Assembly (NCBI RefSeq): GCF_006345805.1
Contig: NC_043022.1
Span: 9,548,001 to 9,612,000, forward strand
DNA from: Octopus sinensis
Taxonomy: Eukaryota
Length of the DNA: 64,000 nt
Direction of reading: 5' to 3'
Part shown: in pieces, positions 37,101 to 49,364 of the stretch
Position numbering within the stretch: the first letter of the stretch is position 1
Layout of the letters: every line of letters begins with the position of its first letter
Made by a program: the position numbers and the translations under genes
The notes under the pieces: model-generated
Seen by the model: only the letters and a program-made list of their open reading frames with translations
Database searches by the model: none
Told to the model about the DNA's origin: nothing

Positions 37101-37427
37101 TATAAGTTAATTACATATGCGTGTGAAGACTGAATCTGGCAGACTCTGTGGAAGGAGCCTTCATGGTTCAATGGAGGCGAAGGCAGCTACAGCAACACAT
37201 TATGGAGTGCAGAAAGTACTGTCTCCATCTGTCTTCATCCTCAGTTTTCTTGACCTGGTCTTGCCACTGGATTGATGATGGTCACAGACAAGAGAATGAG
37301 CCGTCATTGTGCAACTCTACTTCACTTTAAACAAACTCATCATACAAGTCATCGGCCATCCTTAATTTCTTTAAGGACGACCTGATCGCCCTCATCACTC
37401 CAATGAACTAACATGGAACATTTATAT

Positions 37428-37657
37428 TTCTTTATTGCCCACAAGGGGCTAAACACAGTGGGGACAAACAAGGACAGACAAAGGGATTAAGTCGATCACA
37501 TCAACCCCAGTGCATAACTGGTACTTATTTAATCGACCCCGAAAGGATGAGAGACAAAGTCGACCTCGGCGGAATTTGAACTCAGAACATAGCTGCAGAC
37601 GAAATATGGCTACGCATTTCGCCCGGCGTGCTAATGATTCTGCCAGCTCGCTGCCTT
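37428..37657 (-). mobile_element. SINE family B, young
   Basis: Full head-to-tail match with CpGs retained. Confidence 0.9.
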
Positions 37658-37903
37658 GAACATTTAACATGGAACATTTAACTTAATATCACTCAGTGTG
37701 ACTAGCTCTGATGGACTCTGTAGATGAAGCTTCCATGATTCACTGAAAACGAAGGTGGCTGTAACAACACATTGTGGAGTGCAGAGTGAAAGACGAAGCA
37801 AATAAAGCATCTTGATCATCGACTGCATCTTTCTCAGTCCCCAGATATCTTGACCAGGTCTTGCCACTGGATTGAAGATGGTCATGGGTTCAAGAGTGAT
37901 GTT

Positions 37904-40148
37904 TGACTTGACAGCATTCACCCGGGGTGGGTTGAACTGGCTTCATTTATCCTCAATGCTGCATCTCTCACAAACGCCGACCAGGCCTGACGATTTGAGG
38001 CTAACGACCGCGTGATCTCCAACCACTCCCTATTCCAGCGGCGAACGCCGTAGATATGGGGGCCTAGGTTGGGTTCCATATCAGCCTTGACTGTCATCAG
38101 CCAGGTTTTTCGTTGTCCACCACATCGCATTTGCCAACCCTGAAGGGAAGCTGGGGCAATTGCTTCGTAGGTTAGGTTCCAGATCAGCCTTGACTGTCAT
38201 CAGCCAGGTTTTTCGTTGTCCACCACATTGCATTTGCCAACCCTGAAGGGGAGCTGGGGCAATTGCTTCGTAGGTTAGGTTCCAGATCAACCTTGACTGT
38301 CATCAGCCAGGTTTTTCGTTGTCCACCACATCGCATTTGCCAACCCTGAAGGGGAGCTGGGGCAATTGCTTCGTAGGTTAGGTTCCAGATCAACCTTGAC
38401 TGTCATCAGCCAGGTTTTTCGTTGTCCACCACATCGCATTTGCCAACCCTGAAGGGGAGCTGGGGCAATTGCTTTGTAGGTTAGGTTCCAGATCAACCTT
38501 GACTGTCATCAGCCAGGTTTTTCTTTGTCCACCACATCGCATTTGCCAACCTGAAGGGGAGCTGGGGCAATTGCTTGTAGGTTAGGTTCCAGATCAACCT
38601 TGACTGTCATCAGCCAGGTTTTTCGTTGTCCACCACATCGCATTTGCCAACCTGAAGGGGAGCTGGGGCAATTGCTTCGTAGGTTAGGTTCCAGATCAAC
38701 CTTGACTGTCATCAGCCAGGTTTTTCGTTGTCCACCACATCGCATTTGCCAACCCTGAAGGGGAGCTGGGGCAATTGCTTCGTAGGTTAGGTTCCAGATC
38801 AACCTTGACTGTCATCAGCCAGGTTTTTCGTTGTCCACCACATCGCATTTGCCAACCCTGAAGGGGAGCTGGGGCAATTGCTTCGTAGGTTAGGTTCCAG
38901 ATCAACCTTGACTGTCATCAGCCAGGTTTTTCGTTGTCCACCACATCGCATTTGCCAACCCTGAAGGGGAGCTGGGGCAATTGCTTCGTAGGTTAGGTTC
39001 CAGATCAGCCTTGACTGTCATCAGCCAGGTTTTTCTTTGTCCACCACATCGCATTTGCCAACCCTGAAGGGGAGCTGGGGGCAATTGCTTTGTAGGTTAG
39101 GTTCCAGATCAACCTTGACTGTCATCAGCCAGGTTTTTCGTTGTCCACCACATCGCATTTGCCAACCCTGAAGGGGAGCTGGGGCAATTGCTTCGTAGGT
39201 TAGGTTCCAGATCAGCCTTGACTGTCATCAGCCAGGTTTTTCGTTGTCCACCACATCGCATTTGCCAACCCTGAAGGGGAGCTGGGGCAATTGCTTCGTA
39301 GGTTAGGTTCCAGATCAACCTTGACTGTCATCAGCCAGGTTTTTCGTTGTCCACCACATCGCATTTGCCAACCTGAAGGGGAGCTGGGGCAATTGCTTCG
39401 TAGGTTAGGTTCCAGATCAACCTTGACTGTCATCAGCAGGTTTTTTCGTTGTCCACCACATCGCATTTGCCAACCCTGAAGGGGAGCTGGGGCAATTGCT
39501 TCGTAGTTAGGTTCCAGATCAACTTGACTGTCATCAGCCAGGTTTTTCGTTGTCCACCACATCGCATTTGCCAACCCTGAAGGGGAGCTGGGGCAATTGC
39601 TTCGTAGGTTAGGTTCCAGATCAACCTTGACTGTCATCAGCCAGGTTTTTCGTTGTCCACACATCGCATTTGCCAACCCTGAAGGGGAGCTGGGGCAATT
39701 GCTTCGTAGGTTAGGTTCCAGATCAACCTTGACTGTCATCAGCCAGGTTTTTCGTTGTCCACCACATTGCATTTGCCAACCCTGAAGGGGAGCTGGGGCA
39801 ATTGCTTCGTAGGTTAGGTTCCAGATCAACCTTGACTGTCATCAGCCAGGTTTTTCGTTGTCCACCACATCGCATTTGCCAACCTGAAGGGGAGCTGGGG
39901 CAATTGCTTTGTAGGTTAGGTTCCAGATCAACCTTGACTGTCATCAGCCAGGTTTTTCGTTGTCCACCACATCGCATTTGCCAACCCTGAAGGGGAGCTG
40001 GGGCAATTGCTTCGTAGGTTAGGTTCCAGATCAACCTTGACTGTCATCAGCCAGGTTTTTCGTTGTCCACCACATCGCTTTTGCCAACCCTGAAGGGGAG
40101 CTGGGGCAATTGCTTTGTAGATGAATTCTCCTGGTTGATGACAAGTCA
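37904..40148 (-). mobile_element. 5'-truncated RTE-clade LINE insertion with 9-bp TSD and an internal tandem array
   Basis: AGTGATGTT at 37895-37903 and 40149-40157; translation EFIYKAIAPAPLQGWQKRCGGQRKTWLMTVK...GVRRWNREWLEITRSLASNRQAWSAFVRDA...*, CAAGTCA tail. Confidence 0.85.
38066..40120. repeat. 103-bp tandem array, 20 copies
   Basis: CTTGACTGTCATCAG marker counted 20 times from 38084 to 40034 at 101-104-bp spacing. Confidence 0.95.
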
Positions 40149-41243
40149 AGTGATGTTGATGGTGTGCGAATCTTCTTCATTTTAAACAAACTCACCGCAC
40201 CACTCATTGGTCATCCTTGAAGGACGACAAGACAGACCTTGTCATTCTCACTGACAAACATGAAGTGCAACAAATTGTACTTTTGACTTCAGTGTAACAT
40301 ATATCCATCTCTTGTCTTTCTGATTTTCTTCAAAGCAAGTGAAAATTTTCCAAAGCTATTATTGATTTCACATCGCATTATATTTGTTTGGTATTTTCAC
40401 CATTATAGCATGCAGACTCATTGAACACATCCTCCTATAAAAGACTGAATGCTATTATTATTGTACTACAAAGTGTTAGTATTTTAAAGTAGAATGCTTG
40501 CTTTAGTGCTACAACCAAATTTTGTTTTGCTTCGTTTTGTTTTATTTTTTTTAGATGGAGAAGTAAATTCCAAATGCGTTTGTATTTCTACAAATATTGA
40601 TTTCTTTCTCAGGAATAAAGCTAGTTTTTGTTTTGATGTAGATATATCTATCTATCAATATATCTATATATCTTCTATCTTCACCTTTTACTTGTTTTAA
40701 TCATTGGACTGCGGCCATGCTGGGGCACCGCTTTGAAAGATTTAAGTAAACAAATTAAACCCCAGTATTTATTCTATTTGTCACGCACAAAGGTCACCTG
40801 GTGCAAGGATGTACTATGCTTTCTCTAATGGTTTTCTTTTTTCAAGTGTCTTTAAAGCCACAGCAGACACATATGTCCTGTTGATCCTCCCTTGTTGGCT
40901 CAATAAACCTTCTAGTCATCCAAAGAATGATTGATGACACACACACACACACACACACAAAACCCCCCCCAAAATCCAAATAAAAAAAAACATCCCATCA
41001 ACCAATGCCTTGGTTACGATAGCAAAGGGAGATTAAGATGATAACGATTCTAGTACTTGGCTTTCTATGGCATTCTCAAGGCCCTTCAGTAAAACTGCAT
41101 TCAACGTGTTGGTGAAAGAAATTTGCTTTAAAATATACTGTGGCCCTTCTCTTTATAGTAATCATCATTATCATCATCATCATTTAACATTCTTTTTTTC
41201 AATGTTGGCATGGGCTGGATGGTTTGACAAGAGTTAGAGCAAA

Positions 41244-41512
41244 GGCGTAGGAGTGGCTGTGTGGTAAGTAGCTTGCTTACGAACCACATGGTTCTGGGTT
41301 CAGCCCCACTGTGTGGCATCTTGGGCAAGTGTCTTCTACTATAGCCTCGGGCCGACCAAAGCCTTGTGAGTGGATTTGGTGGACGGAAACTGAAAGGCGC
41401 CCGTCGTGTATATGTATACGTGTGTGTGTGTTTGTTTGTGTGTCTGTGTTTGTCCCCCCCACCATCGCTTGACAACCGATGCTGGTGTGTTTACGTCCCC
41501 TTAGTGGTTCAG
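41244..41512 (+). mobile_element. SINE family A, 3'-truncated
   Basis: GGCGTAGGAGTGGCTGTGTGG head and body. Confidence 0.85.
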
Positions 41513-41674
41513 CAAAATTAATTATGATTAATTATGTAGTAAAAATGTGAATAAATAAGCAGTATGTTTGTCAGAGTATTCCGAATGCTAAAGGGTTAAA
41601 ATATACGGTGCCTCTTCTGTTTGGGGCTGTGATTTATGGTATTTGTTCATGGCTAAGTGTGCATGTGTGAAGGC

Positions 41675-42600
41675 TTCTGGCTTAGTGATTAGGGTATTCA
41701 GCTCATGATTATAAGGTCGTGAGTTCAATTCCTGGCGACATGTTGTGTCCTTGAGCAAAACACCTTATTTCACGTTGCTCCAGCAACTCATTTTTATCAG
41801 CTGGCAAAAATGAGTTGTACCTGTATTTCAAAGGCCAGCCTTGTCAAGTGTATATATGTTTATATCTGTCTGTCTGTGACACACTGAATCTCCTTGACAA
41901 CTACATTAACCCTTTTGTTACAAAATTTCTGTTGAGGTGCTCTGTTTCTTTCAATTAATCTTAAATACAGTAGAACCTCACAGTATGAGGGCTCCATTGT
42001 ATGAGTATTTTGCTGTATGAGCCAAGACTCTTGCAATTTTTGTCTTGAAGTACAAGCGGAAAGCTGCAGTACGAGTGCACAAATTGTCCCATCTTAAAGG
42101 TTAAATTCAGTTAATAAAACCAGTTTACATATTTCTTTTGTATTCTCTTTGTTATAATTGTCATTTGACTTGTAACTACACCATTTCTGTTTTAAAACCC
42201 ATAAAAAAAATTTGAGTGTTTTTTGGGGGCTGGAACAGGTTAATTATATTTTAGTTAATTTCAATGGGGAAAATTAATTTATAAAATGTGCAAATCATAA
42301 GACGAGCTCAATCATGCAAGGTATCACTGCATAACAAAAAAATTTAATAAAGTAACTTAATTATCCTCAAGCGAATGTTAGAAACATAAATTGTGACTTA
42401 GGTTTGGTGGAAGATTTTAATTCAGAATTTATGAAACAAGATATTTTGTACTACAGAGCCAGAGGCAGTTTCAGGTGGGTTGGTATCAAAAGGGTTAAGG
42501 ATACACGTGTCTGTGGAATGCTCAGCCACTTGCACATTCATTTCATGAGCAGGCTATTCTATTGATCATTTCATCTGGAACCCTCGTCGTCATAGCTGAT
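41675..42600 (+). mobile_element. SINE family D hosting a piggyBac-like MITE (41910-42494), which hosts a Tigger-like MITE (41968-42329)
   Basis: TTAA|CCCTTTTG...AAAAGGG|TTAA; inner TA|CAGTAGAACCTC...AAGGTATCACTG|CA. Confidence 0.8.
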
Positions 42601-42698
42601 GTTGTGCCAATTTTGTACTCATGTGGCCCAAGGCAATAAGTGTTGCAGATCTTGGCTGCATAAACTCAGCAGAGAATTGGGTGGAGAAAAAGAGCCAT

Positions 42699-42870
42699 AT
42701 TGATCTTTCAACTATTGATTCTCAAACCATTGATCTTTCAACCATTGCCTCTTGAACCAGTGATGTTTCAGTTATTGCCCCTTCACCCCATTGGCTTCTC
42801 ACTAATTTACACCCCACCCCATTACTTCTTGCCCCCTCTCTCAACCATTTGCTACTCTTCAACTGGTGAC
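42699..42870. repeat. Degenerate 15-bp minisatellite, about 10 copies
   Basis: ATTGATCTTTCAACT-like units at 42699, 42714, 42729, 42744, 42759 and 42774, decaying rightwards. Confidence 0.65.
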
Positions 42871-43545
42871 ACTTAATCACTTGACCTCTTTGACCTTTGA
42901 CTTTTTTCCCCACCCAGGGGACCTTTCACTCATTGACTCTTCAAACCAGGAGTTGTAGTAGTAGTAGTAGTAGTCATTACTAAAACATAAGTTTGTTGCG
43001 AATATCATTCTTTTGCTGGCGGTGAGCTGGCAGAATCGTTAGCATGCCACGTGAAAGGCTTAGCAGTGTTTTGCTTGTCTTGACGTTCTGAGTTCAGATT
43101 CTGCCCAGGTCAACTATGCCTTTCAAACTTTTGGGGTTGGTAAAATAGGTATCAGTTGAGCACTGGGGTCAAAATGTAATCTACTTAAATACTCCTAAGT
43201 ATGAGTATAAAAACTGCATCCCTCTGCCAAGCCATGTTGAACCAATGTGGCAGAGTAGGCTCATCCAACCTGTATGATCCCAAGCTCAAATTCATAGCCT
43301 CCACATCAGACTGGTTTGGAGGAGAGAACAAGCTGAGGCCTCAGCCTGCAATAGTGAGCTGGCAGATATGTTAGCATGCTGGGCAAAATGCTTAGTGGTA
43401 TCTCGTCTGTCTTTATGTTCTGAGTTCAAATTCCACTGAGGTCGATAAATTAAGTACCAGTTGCATACTGGGGTCGATCTAATTGACTGGCTCCTTCCCC
43501 CAAAATTTTGTGCCTTATGCCTTGAGTAGAAAAGAATAAGTATAT

Positions 43546-43580
<35 letters not shown>

Positions 43581-43817
43581 ATCCTTTTGGGGGTCAATAA
43601 AATATGCACTGGGGTCAATGTAACTGGCTTAACTACTCCTGGGTAAGAGCATAAAAACTGTGTCCCTCAGCCAAGCCATGTTGAGCCAGTGTGGCAAAGT
43701 ATGCCCATCAAACCAGTGTGATTTCAAGCTCAAATTCACAGCCTCCACATCAGACTGGTTTGGTAGAGAGAGCATGCTGAGGCCCTCATCCTGCAGTGGA
43801 CTGAACATGGGCAGTTC

Positions 43818-44075
43818 AAACCAAACCAATCCAATCCAATCCAATCCAGATCATTCTTTTAGCTCCAGGTCACCTTTGTTGCTCAGTGCATTGGGAGGGA
43901 AGCTTCCTCCACTGTATTTGGTCAGCTGCTGATCTTGCAGATTCATTCCATGTAATGTTGACCGTCTTCAGGTCATCTTGAAATGTCTGCTTGCCAAGTC
44001 ATCTGTGGCTTGCTCCTTGTATGCCTGACAACGGTTGGTACCCAAATCACGGCTGTTTCTCAGTGCTGTTGATCA
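43818..44075 (-). mobile_element. RTE-clade LINE 3' end with (TTGGA)n tail
   Basis: KQTFQDDLKTVNITWNESARSAADQIQWRKLPSQC...*. Confidence 0.7.
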
Positions 44076-44082
44076 GCTAGGC

Positions 44083-44784
44083 CAGTGCTTCTCAACCATG
44101 TATTTTACCCACATAAGCCTTTGGTTTCTGTTTTACTCAGATGGACCCTACTAGCCATTCGGCGGTAAAAAAAAATCCTATTTTATTTTTATAATTAAAT
44201 AATTAACTATATAGGCGCAAGAGTGGCTGTGTGGTAAGAATCTTGCTTCTCAATCACATGGTTCCAGGTTCAGTTCCACTGCATGGCACCTTGTGCAAAT
44301 GTCTTCTACTATAGCCTTGGACCAACCAAGGCCTTTTGAGTGGATTTGGTAGATGGAAACTGAAAGAAGCCTGTCATAAATATATATATATGCGCACACA
44401 CACACACACCAATACACACACACACACACATCTATTTGTGTGTCTGTGCTTGGCAACTGATGCTAGTGTGTGTTTACGTCTCTGTAATTTAGCAGTTTGG
44501 TAAAAGAGACCAATAGAATGTATACTAGGCTTACAAAGAATAAGTCGTGGGGTTGATTTGTTCAACTAAAGGCAGTGCTCTAGCATGGCCTGCAGTCAAA
44601 ACAACTGAAACAAGTAAAAGAATAAAAGAAAATATTATTAGGAATTGTAGAAAAATAATTTTTGAAACATTTTGTGTATTGTAGAAGCATAACCAATTCA
44701 TTGCACATAAATTTTAACAATTCTAAAAAACAAAATCTTACACAGACCTCTAAGGGCCATATGGACCTTGGTTAAGAACCACTG
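44083..44784. mobile_element. hAT (Charlie-like) MITE hosting a family A SINE (44214-44630, +)
   Basis: CAGTGCTTCTCAACC ... GGTTAAGAACCACTG; flanks AGCTAGGC / GGCTAGAT. Confidence 0.75.
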
Positions 44785-45579
44785 GGCTAGATGGAGATCA
44801 TTGCCAAGCCAGGCAGAAACTGGTGGTCTGCTGCAATCTCTTGCAGCGGTTATGACCTTGGTGTCTTCTGAATCTCCCCCATTTTGTGACACAGTCCTGC
44901 CTGTTTGGGGCTCAGGATCTTTCATTCCCCCCCCCCCATTTGATGGAAAACATTTAGTTTTTTGTGACTATCATTCACGCAATATAAATATGTACTCGCT
45001 GATATATTAAGCTAATTGTTTAGAAGACAGCTTGGCGCTTTCTTTCACTCACTTTCTATATTAAAAACAAACAAACAAAACAACAACAACAAAAACAAAG
45101 AAACAATAAAAACAAAGCAAAAATTAACTGCAAGATGTCTGGATGGTGAAGGGGAGGAGAGAGTTCATCATAATATTCATAATATTTGCCCTTTATTATC
45201 TTATCTATTGTAAAGATCTTTATATTACATTAATCTTTTCTGTAATCTTTTAATTTATTCATTAATTTTTTTTCTTTTTTGTGTGTGCATTATTGTTTGC
45301 CAGCAGTTTGTAAATTTGTAATTTGATTGAAATGAATGAAAAAACAAAAAAAAAGCGACCTAATATCTCTCCCCACCCCGTTTTCCTTCTCCACCCTTAG
45401 ATTCAATTGTTAAAATTTAAAAAATTTTTACTTGTAAAAAAATTTGTTTTTCTATCTTATATTATTTTATAGTGTTTGTTTATTTACTTATGTTTTATTA
45501 ATTTTTCAAGTATCTGCTTTTAGTCAAGCAGACTGACTTCAATTATAATATTAGTTTTTCTTAAAAAAAAAACAATAAA

Positions 45580-45677
45580 AAAGAATGTATATATGTTTAT
45601 ATCTGTCTGTCTGTCTACATATATGTGTCCACTTATCTGTCTATCTGACTGTCTATATATGTGTGTTTGTGTGTGTT

Positions 45678-45735
<58 letters not shown>

Positions 45736-45745
45736 ATTCCATTTG

Positions 45746-45827
<82 letters not shown>

Positions 45828-45990
45828 ATTCCATTTGTCTATCTATCTATCTATCTATCTATCTATCCATTTGTCTATCTATCTGTCTGTTTTTCTGTCT
45901 GTCCGTCCGTCTATCTGTCCACATATCTGACTCTGTGTGTATCAATCCATTCATCCAGCCATCTCTATATCTATATGTATACATATATAT
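45580..45990. repeat. (TCTA)n microsatellite field
   Basis: Directly visible. Confidence 0.95.
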
Positions 45991-46079
45991 CTGCAAATGC
46001 TTGTATAAAGAACTGTATCCAGGTTCATTCTAACTTCTTTCTGCTATTGTATTTAATAAACATTGTATATATTACCACC

Positions 46080-46620
46080 ACCATCATCATCATTGTTTAA
46101 CATCTGTCTTCCATGCTGGCATGGGTTGGACAGTTCGACAGGAGCCTGCACCAGACTTCAGTGTCTGTTTTGGCATGGTTTCTATGGGTGGATGCCACCA
46201 ACAACCCAGCAGAGTGGACTGAGTGCTTTTTACATGGCACCAGGTCAGTTTTGGCATGGATTTTACCGCTGGATGCCTTTCCAAAACGCCAACCATTTTA
46301 AATTGTGGGCTTTACTATATCATCACCATCTGCCTTCCATGCTAGCATGGGTGGGATGATTTCACAAGAGCCGGCCAAACAGAAGCCTGCACCAGACTTC
46401 TGCGACTGTTTTAGCAGGATTTTTACAGCTGGATGCTCTTCCTAACACCAACCACTCAGCAGAGCAGACTTAGTGCTTTTAATGGGGCACAAGCATAGGT
46501 GAGGTCAGTTTTGGCAAGGTTTTTACAGCTGGATGCCATTCCGAACACCAACCACTTTACAATGTGGACTGGGTGCTTTTAAGTGGCACCTGCACTGACA
46601 GGGTCACTAAGTACTTGCAA
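46080..46620 (-). mobile_element. Clustered family C (RTE 3' UTR) fragments
   Basis: Repeated CCATGCT(G/A)GCATGGG and GGATGC...CCAACCAC blocks. Confidence 0.7.
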
Positions 46621-46980
46621 AACAAAATAAAAAAGACTATATATAAAAATCTATTCATGATTATTCTGTCTTCTGTTCAATAAACTAGGTCTATTCTAAC
46701 TTATTGCAGCTTCTACTGGGGTGTGTGGTAAATCCAATGTTTTTAAATCCAGGTGGTTTAATAAAAACATAGCACAATACTGAACTTCTTACCTAATTTC
46801 CAGAAATCTGGGAATACAATGTAATGTCATGCAAGGTGTCGCACAGTGGGATTGAACTTGAAAACACATGGTTGCAAATGGAGCTTCTTAATTACACAGC
46901 TATGCCTGGCTAAATTGAAAATCCTTAAACGTATTATAAATACGATATAAACAAGAAGATATTTTATCAAATGCAGAATT

Positions 46981-47200
46981 CTTTTCGACTCTCAACACAA
47001 GGCCTGAAACTTTTGGGGAGGGGTCCAGTTGATTAGGTCGACCCCACTACACAACTAGTACTTAATTTATCAACCCTGAAAGGATGAAAGGCAAAGTTGA
47101 CCTCGGTGGAATTTGAACTCAGAATGTAAGGGCAGGTGAAATACCCTAAACATTTTGCCCGGCGTGCTAATGTTTCTGCTAGCTTGCCGCCCTTTTTTTT
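46981..47200 (-). mobile_element. SINE family B with 14-bp TSD
   Basis: TCAAATGCAGAATT at 46967-46980 and 47201-47214. Confidence 0.85.
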
Positions 47201-47439
47201 TCAAATGCAGAATTGTCATTAGAACAGCAAAAATACTGGGTAAATTACCTTTACAAGGTGGAAAAATTTCTCAACAGTCATCCTTGTAAGGGTAATTACC
47301 CAGTATTTCTGTTGTTCCAATGGCAATTCTATGTTTGAAAAATATCTTCTTGTTTGTGTTGTACAATACATATTTTGACGCTTCTAATAAAAACAGATGT
47401 TTGTTTATATTTATACACACACACACATATATGTGTCAT

Positions 47440-49150
47440 ATGAATTCGAACCATCAATGTTTTGGATTGAGTCTTGCTTATTACTGTTGAACTGGAAGTC
47501 AAAAAATTATACAGAAAAATGAGCTAGCTCAAACAATGGACTACTCAGAGCTAACCTCTTATCTTTTGCTTGTTTCAGTCATTAGGCTGTGGCCATGCTG
47601 TGGCACCACCTGGAAGGGTTTTAGTCAAATGAATTGAGCTGAGTACTTATTTTTCATAAGCTTGGCACTTACTCTATCGTCTCTTTTGTTGAACTGCTAA
47701 GTTATGGGGGACATAAACAAACCAACACTGATTGTCAAGCAGTGGTGAGGGGACATACACAAAGATACATATTCACACATACACACACACACACACACAC
47801 ATATGATAGGCTTCTTTCAGTTTCAATGTGATGATGATGCAGATCTTTGTCCTCCTTTTTCATCGGTATCACCATTATTGCACCTCCTCCACCACTTGAT
47901 GTCTACTTGGTACTTATGATGTACATCTTTTGGTCAGCTCTGTTAGTTCTTAATATATCTCTTCCTTGACTCCACATAGTTCGGTTTTACATTCTGAGCC
48001 ATGTATGAGGCATTGCTATTTCACGAAAGGTCACTTTAAGAGGAAGAGGAAAATGAAACGGATACGAAAATGTTCCTTTCATGGCACAGTATGGTGCAGT
48101 GTTGTATAGTCTAGAGCGTAGTGTGATCTACAAATTCACAGATGTTAGTCAGACTAATATAATTTGTTTACTTGTGTTTTGTGATTTTATGTATTTGTTA
48201 GTAGGTTTTTTTTTGGTGTTTTTTTTATGTTTTTGCTTACCATTTTATAATGTCATTAGAAGCATGAAGTGAAATCTTCCTTATTGTACTAATTAATTGG
48301 TTTGGTATTTCCCTGTTAATAGGTTAAGGTTTTTTTCTTTTTCTCCTTTTTCTTTTTTTTAATAATTATGTATTGCTGGATTGGTGAAATTAGTTGGGCG
48401 TTGGACAGAACTGTTTTGCGATATTTGTCAGAGATGACCGACTTGGTCACCAAAATTGGATTCTTTGGAATTGTCTGCCAAAGAATCAAACAAGCCATCT
48501 ACAATGTCCCTGCGAGTTCACCAAAGTGGAACCGACATGTTAATCAACTATGCCCAGCACAATGTCCCATGCCAGTCACTGAAGAACGCTCGTTAGACCT
48601 TAGTGTTCTGATGGACACCTTTTACTTGAAAATGCTGACCACTGGTGTCACTACTTCCTCTACACCAATTAGAGTCAATCCAATGCTGCGATCAAGATGT
48701 TGGACTTATCAAATCAAACTACAAGTGGTTCCATCTCAGGTCGATCCATGGGGACAGGCTTACAGTGAACATGCTAAAGGGGGTGTCAGGAAGATGAGGG
48801 TCGTATGAATTTGAACATCAATGTTTTGGATTGAGCCTTGCTTATTACTGTTGCACTGGAAGTCAGAAAATTATACAGAAAACTGAGGTAGCTCAAACAA
48901 TGGACCTCTTACATTTTGCTTGTTTCAACCATTAGGCTGTGGCCATGCTGTGGCACCACCTGGAAGGGTTTTAGTGAAATGAATTGACCTCAGTACTTAT
49001 TTTTATAAGCTTGGCACTTACTCTATCGGTCTCTTTTGTTGAACAATTAGTTATGGGGGACATAAACCAACACTGATTGTCAAGCAGTGATGAGGGGACA
49101 TACACAAAGACACATATTCACACACACACACACATGATAGGCTTCTTTCA
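47440..49150 (+). repeat. ~370-bp direct repeat pair (47440-47824, 48805-49155) flanking a ~1-kb insert
   Basis: Both copies share unique sequence, the same SINE A junction and private variants such as GCTGTGGCACCACCTGGAAGGG. Confidence 0.85.
48400..48790 (+). pseudogene. Probable decayed pogo/Tigger-type DDE transposase fragment
   Basis: Across frameshifts: LSVLMD ... YFL.TN ... IQCCDQDVGLIKSNYKWF, resembling LLLLDN...FLPPNTT..IQP.DQG.I..FK..YR. Confidence 0.45.
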
Positions 49151-49364
49151 GTTTCTGTCTTCTGAATTCACTCACTGGAACTATAGTAGAAGACACTTGC
49201 CCAAGGAGCCTTGCAGTGGGACTGAACCTGGAACCATTGGTTTGACCAAAATGTTCGATCAAATAAGTACTAGGCTTGCTAAGAATAAGTCCTGGGGTCA
49301 ATTTCTTTGTCTTAAAAACTCATTAAGGGAGTGCTCCAGCATGGCTGCAGTCAAATGACTGAAA

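Noticed and set aside
38066-40120. CUGAUGA-stem-GAA hammerhead-like motif on the minus strand of every 103-bp unit
   Set aside because: It reads GAAC rather than GAAA, has no UH triplet or stem I/III partner in register, and CTGATGA is explained by the RTE codons for W-L-M-T.
18945-40120. CRISPR-like appearance of the 26-bp and 103-bp arrays
   Set aside because: No unique spacers, no cas genes, animal context; both units derive from LINE sequence.
48368-48808. 146-aa ORF as a host gene
   Set aside because: The protein-like motifs lie partly in other frames and resemble a transposase; no splice context.
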